From Lachnospiraceae bacterium (GTDB lineage Bacteria > Bacillota > Clostridia > Lachnospirales > Lachnospiraceae), in the NCBI GenBank assembly GCA_024403435.1, contig JAKSRV010000001.1, positions 3,856-67,855 on the forward strand: DNA of 64,000 nt. Reading direction: 5' to 3'. The notes beneath the pieces are model-generated. The model was not told the origin of the DNA. It made no database searches and was given only the letters and a program-made list of their open reading frames with translations. Below are positions 60,935-64,000 of this stretch, piece after piece. Position numbers and translations under genes: made by a program. Numbering within the stretch: the first letter of the stretch is position 1; the number at the start of each line of letters is the position of its first letter.

Positions 60935-60996
60935 TCATTCACAGATACGGAACTTAATCTCTGCAATCACTCACGGATACGGAGCTTAATCTCTGC
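60935..60996. repeat. 30-bp imperfect direct repeat duplicating the cvfB 3' end
   Basis: TCATTCACAGATACGGAACTTAATCTCTGC (60935-60964) versus TCACTCACGGATACGGAGCTTAATCTCTGC (60967-60996); 27/30 identical. Confidence 0.85.
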
Positions 60997-61843
60997 GAAG
61001 AACAATACTGTCGGGCTCAATGTTTATGGTACCGTTCTTGAGAAGATTGCCAACCGCACGCTTAAACTGCGCCTTACTCATACCGGTATTTTCCAAAATA
61101 ACTTCGGGAGATGCCTTATCATTAAACGGAAGTAACCCTTTATTCTTTTCCAAAAGACCCACCAAAATCTCCGAATCTTCCTTGCGCTGAATGTAACCTT
61201 TATCGCGAATAGCAAGTTCAAGACGTCCGTCCTTAAGTACATTGGCAACCCGTGCAGTCACGCTCTCACCGATTTTTATTTTATCCGCAGCTCCGAACAA
61301 TGCCTTTCTTGGAATAAGTGCGGAATAAATATCATCAACAGCTACAAATGCTCCAAAATTGTCACTTATCTGATAAACGGTGCCGGTAACAGTGTTGTCT
61401 TTTCTGTATGTGCTGTCATTTTTCAAGGCCTCATAGACATTCATTGTTGCACAAAGTCTTCTACTCTTGTCTATATATAAAGATACAAGCACTACATCCC
61501 CTGCTTTTACCTTAAAAGTCTGCTGCTTGAAGGGAAGGAATAAATCCTTGTCCAATCCCCAATCAAGGAATGCACCGACTTTAGTAATCTGAGAAACCTT
61601 AAGTCTTGCGGTCTCACCCATTTTAAGCAACGGGGTTCTTGTGGTGGCAATAAGTCGGTCTTCAGAATCCTTGTAGAGGAATACCTCCAATGAATCTCCA
61701 ACCTGAGTTCCTTCAGGTACCTGCTTACCGGGCAAAAGTACCTTCTCCTTATCTTTCTCGTTGCCGATAGTCTCTGCAAGATAAATACCGAACTCTACCT
61801 GCTTTACTACTATAAGTGTCTGAAATTCTCCTAACTTAAACAT
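60986..61843 (-). CDS. cvfB: CvfB/YitL S1-domain RNA-binding protein
   Basis: FLY.DSEDRLIAT, GAFLDWGL.KDL.LPF and C-terminal winged helix MSK.QFKRA.G.L. Confidence 0.88.
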   Translation of the reverse strand: MFKLGEFQTLIVVKQVEFGIYLAETIGNEKDKEKVLLPGKQVPEGTQVGDSLEVFLYKDSEDRLIATTRTPLLKMGETARLKVSQITKVGAFLDWGLDKDLFLPFKQQTFKVKAGDVVLVSLYIDKSRRLCATMNVYEALKNDSTYRKDNTVTGTVYQISDNFGAFVAVDDIYSALIPRKALFGAADKIKIGESVTARVANVLKDGRLELAIRDKGYIQRKEDSEILVGLLEKNKGLLPFNDKASPEVILENTGMSKAQFKRAVGNLLKNGTINIEPDSIVLRRD

Positions 61844-61940
61844 GTTCTTCCGTCCTCTTTCTCCCTTTCTAAAGGGCTATCAATTTATTATCAATACTAT
61901 ACAAATCGAATTATTTGATTCGTTATCCACGGATTCTCAA

Positions 61941-62651
61941 TCAGCCTAATGTAAACTCAACAACCGAGTACGGTCTACCCTCAGCATCATTGAGCGACAC
62001 CGTATATTTACCCGGCTCATTTTCACCGCTCACAGGATATATTATATCACCGAGAAATGCCTGATTCCTATACTCGGCACGTAATCTCTTTATTTTACCG
62101 CCGTCCGGAATGCATCCCCGAGCAATATTAATATATTGACCGTTATTCATATGGTGATTTGGATCCAAAAAATGTCTCTCTACCGTAATCGGTTTATGTT
62201 CCTCAACATTCTCGGGAAGTCTGAGCTTTCCGTTACAATAATCCATATCCAACGGTTCAGTCTCACCGTATCCGTTCAGCATCTCTGCATCGGGGCGTAC
62301 CGGCTTAATCGTATTGACATCCAAAAGACTCCACATCGAATTGGCTTTGACCAATATTTCACCGGCTTCATTTTCCAGATAAAAATTACGATAGCCCAAA
62401 AAACCTCTGAATTTATACGGTATAGTACATACCTTGAGTCTCTCAAGATACTTAGGCATACGAATGACATCTATCTGCCATGTATTGAGTACCCAAATCA
62501 GGTTACGCGGCTTTAGATACGAATATCCCAGTCCGATATCCTCCGAATGAAATGTCGAGGCATCCTGAAAATAATCTATTATTGAATTTATCGTAAGATC
62601 CTCTTCCGCATCAACCTTGCTGAAGCTGACCCGCGTATCATAGCTGTACAT
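61941..62651 (-). CDS. Acyl-ACP thioesterase (FatA-like)
   Basis: Double hotdog fold; WVL..W.I...R.P and LD.N.H.NN..Y motifs. Confidence 0.9.
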   Translation of the reverse strand: MYSYDTRVSFSKVDAEEDLTINSIIDYFQDASTFHSEDIGLGYSYLKPRNLIWVLNTWQIDVIRMPKYLERLKVCTIPYKFRGFLGYRNFYLENEAGEILVKANSMWSLLDVNTIKPVRPDAEMLNGYGETEPLDMDYCNGKLRLPENVEEHKPITVERHFLDPNHHMNNGQYINIARGCIPDGGKIKRLRAEYRNQAFLGDIIYPVSGENEPGKYTVSLNDAEGRPYSVVEFTLG

Positions 62652-62699
62652 ATTTTGCCGCAGACATCTTCAAAATTCGATGTCTGCATCCTCCGTCTG

Positions 62700-63794
62700 C
62701 TAAATCAGTCCTCTTATAAATGTATATACAATATATCCGACAGATGCAACCACAAATAAAATCATACCGGGATTACCCATTACTACTGAGAAGGTTGTAT
62801 GCTTGGGGAGCGCAATTTCACCTCTTCTGGGAAAAATCTTTCTTCTGTTGACAATCATAAGAATCATTCCCGCAATAACCAATGCCATAATAAGCATTCC
62901 GTACAAACCTAACACCAGAATTCCGGTCATATGACTCATTACATACTCTGTCATCGCCTCTATTCCTTCACTCTCTATTGCAAGAAGTTCGTCGATATCT
63001 ATCAATTTAAGGATTGTCATAGGAATAAACGATCCCATGAAATTGATAACCATATGAATACCGATGGTCGCCCGGATTTTTCCGCTCTTGCTGTAGATAA
63101 GTGCAAGGAAATATCCAAGACAGAAAGCATATATTCCCTGGGTAAGATTACCGTGGAATAATCCAAAGGTAATACCGCTGAGAAGAGCGGATGCCGCCTC
63201 ACCGTATCTTCCGCAACGGTCTATCAACAGCTTTCTGAAAATAAGCTCCTCAACAAGAGGTGCAAAAATAACCGTGCAAATTGTTACCACCCAGATATTT
63301 GCGTTCTGAATTATTGTCTGAACGCTATAGGTACTGATATTAAATCCAAAAATACCGCTGATCAATGAATTGAGTGCTGTACCGAGCAGATTTGAAGAAT
63401 ACATAAGCGAATATGCCATTACAAAAAAGGCAAGCCACCATCCAAAACCGATTCTTCTCTTTTCGGGAGCCTTGGCAGGACACTTTACAGCAATCACCAA
63501 TGCCATCAAAGGCATTGCGAACGCATACTGTATTCCCATTGAATATACTAGGTTTACAGTATAATCCGTATAAATCTTTTCCAACAAAGCAGGATTAAAT
63601 TTATCCAAGAGCAATTCTCCGACATACTGCAAGCCGTAACATACCGCATACAAAATCGCGGTAGCAATCAACATTCTGAATCCCAGATTGGAAAAAAGTT
63701 TTTTAGCTTCCTTTACTATGGTTGCATTTTTTGCATTTTCATCGGCAGGTTGAGTCACAACCACATTCTCAACATTAATATTATTGTTCTCCAT
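62700..63794 (-). CDS. CPBP (CAAX/Abi) intramembrane protease
   Basis: AP..EE..FR, F.L.H and H...N motifs; many TMs. Confidence 0.9.
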   Translation of the reverse strand: MENNNINVENVVVTQPADENAKNATIVKEAKKLFSNLGFRMLIATAILYAVCYGLQYVGELLLDKFNPALLEKIYTDYTVNLVYSMGIQYAFAMPLMALVIAVKCPAKAPEKRRIGFGWWLAFFVMAYSLMYSSNLLGTALNSLISGIFGFNISTYSVQTIIQNANIWVVTICTVIFAPLVEELIFRKLLIDRCGRYGEAASALLSGITFGLFHGNLTQGIYAFCLGYFLALIYSKSGKIRATIGIHMVINFMGSFIPMTILKLIDIDELLAIESEGIEAMTEYVMSHMTGILVLGLYGMLIMALVIAGMILMIVNRRKIFPRRGEIALPKHTTFSVVMGNPGMILFVVASVGYIVYTFIRGLI

Positions 63795-64000
63795 AACACC
63801 CTCACATTATCAAAAAAATAATTTACAGTAACATAAAACAAATCATGCGTATTTATTCACGATATACCAATTATATATATCATTAATAAAAAGATATACT
63901 GCTTTATGTGCAAATAACACTGTTGTATTTCGCCAATCATGTATTTATCCAAAACATACTTTTATAATTCATGGCTTTATTGAAACATATATTCATGTAA

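Noticed and set aside
81-63598. Many 60-290 aa ORFs antisense to or overlapping real genes (for example 29270-30094, 50235-51077, 54030-54902)
   Set aside because: They are shadow ORFs of well-supported genes, with no SD or recognisable motifs.
62700-63794. CPBP/Abi protein as a phage-defence or bacteriocin-immunity gene
   Set aside because: No bacteriocin or defence context is visible, and the family is common in housekeeping regions.

Overview
The window is core chromosome of a Firmicute, most likely Lachnospiraceae (inferred from gene content and order). Almost all genes lie on the minus strand. Left to right it holds: dnaE; a ~22 kb cell-surface glycan locus (priming phosphoglycosyltransferase, GT2/GT4 enzymes, gmd-manC-fcl for GDP-fucose, several polytopic GT-C-like proteins, and a plus-strand membrane protein with an SGNH domain); ptsH-glmM-cdaR-cdaA; yvyF-comF-recD2; flgJ-flgG-flgF-mbl; a detached wzy-wzz-GT2 module; uvrA and uvrB, separated by an McrB-like GTPase, a patatin and an acyl-CoA synthetase; two tandem Cys/His-repeat lipoproteins; aqpZ; ctpA-envC-ftsX-ftsE; a PucR-type regulator; yjfB, cvfB, an acyl-ACP thioesterase and a CPBP protease. 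I saw no rRNA, tRNA, CRISPR array, transposase or phage genes. The strongest candidates for novelty are: (1) an orphan McrB-family GTPase with intact motifs, no McrC, and a Gln/Met-rich tail, ending 5 bp before uvrA; (2) two lipoproteins whose Cys/His count fits an interlocked chain of six metal sites; (3) a ~150-nt cloverleaf element with terminal inverted repeats and ssDNA-type hairpin signatures between flgG and flgJ; (4) comF apparently starting at a non-canonical ATC codon; (5) a mirror-symmetric divergent promoter pair in the glycan locus. All product calls come from motif recognition by eye. No database searches were run.
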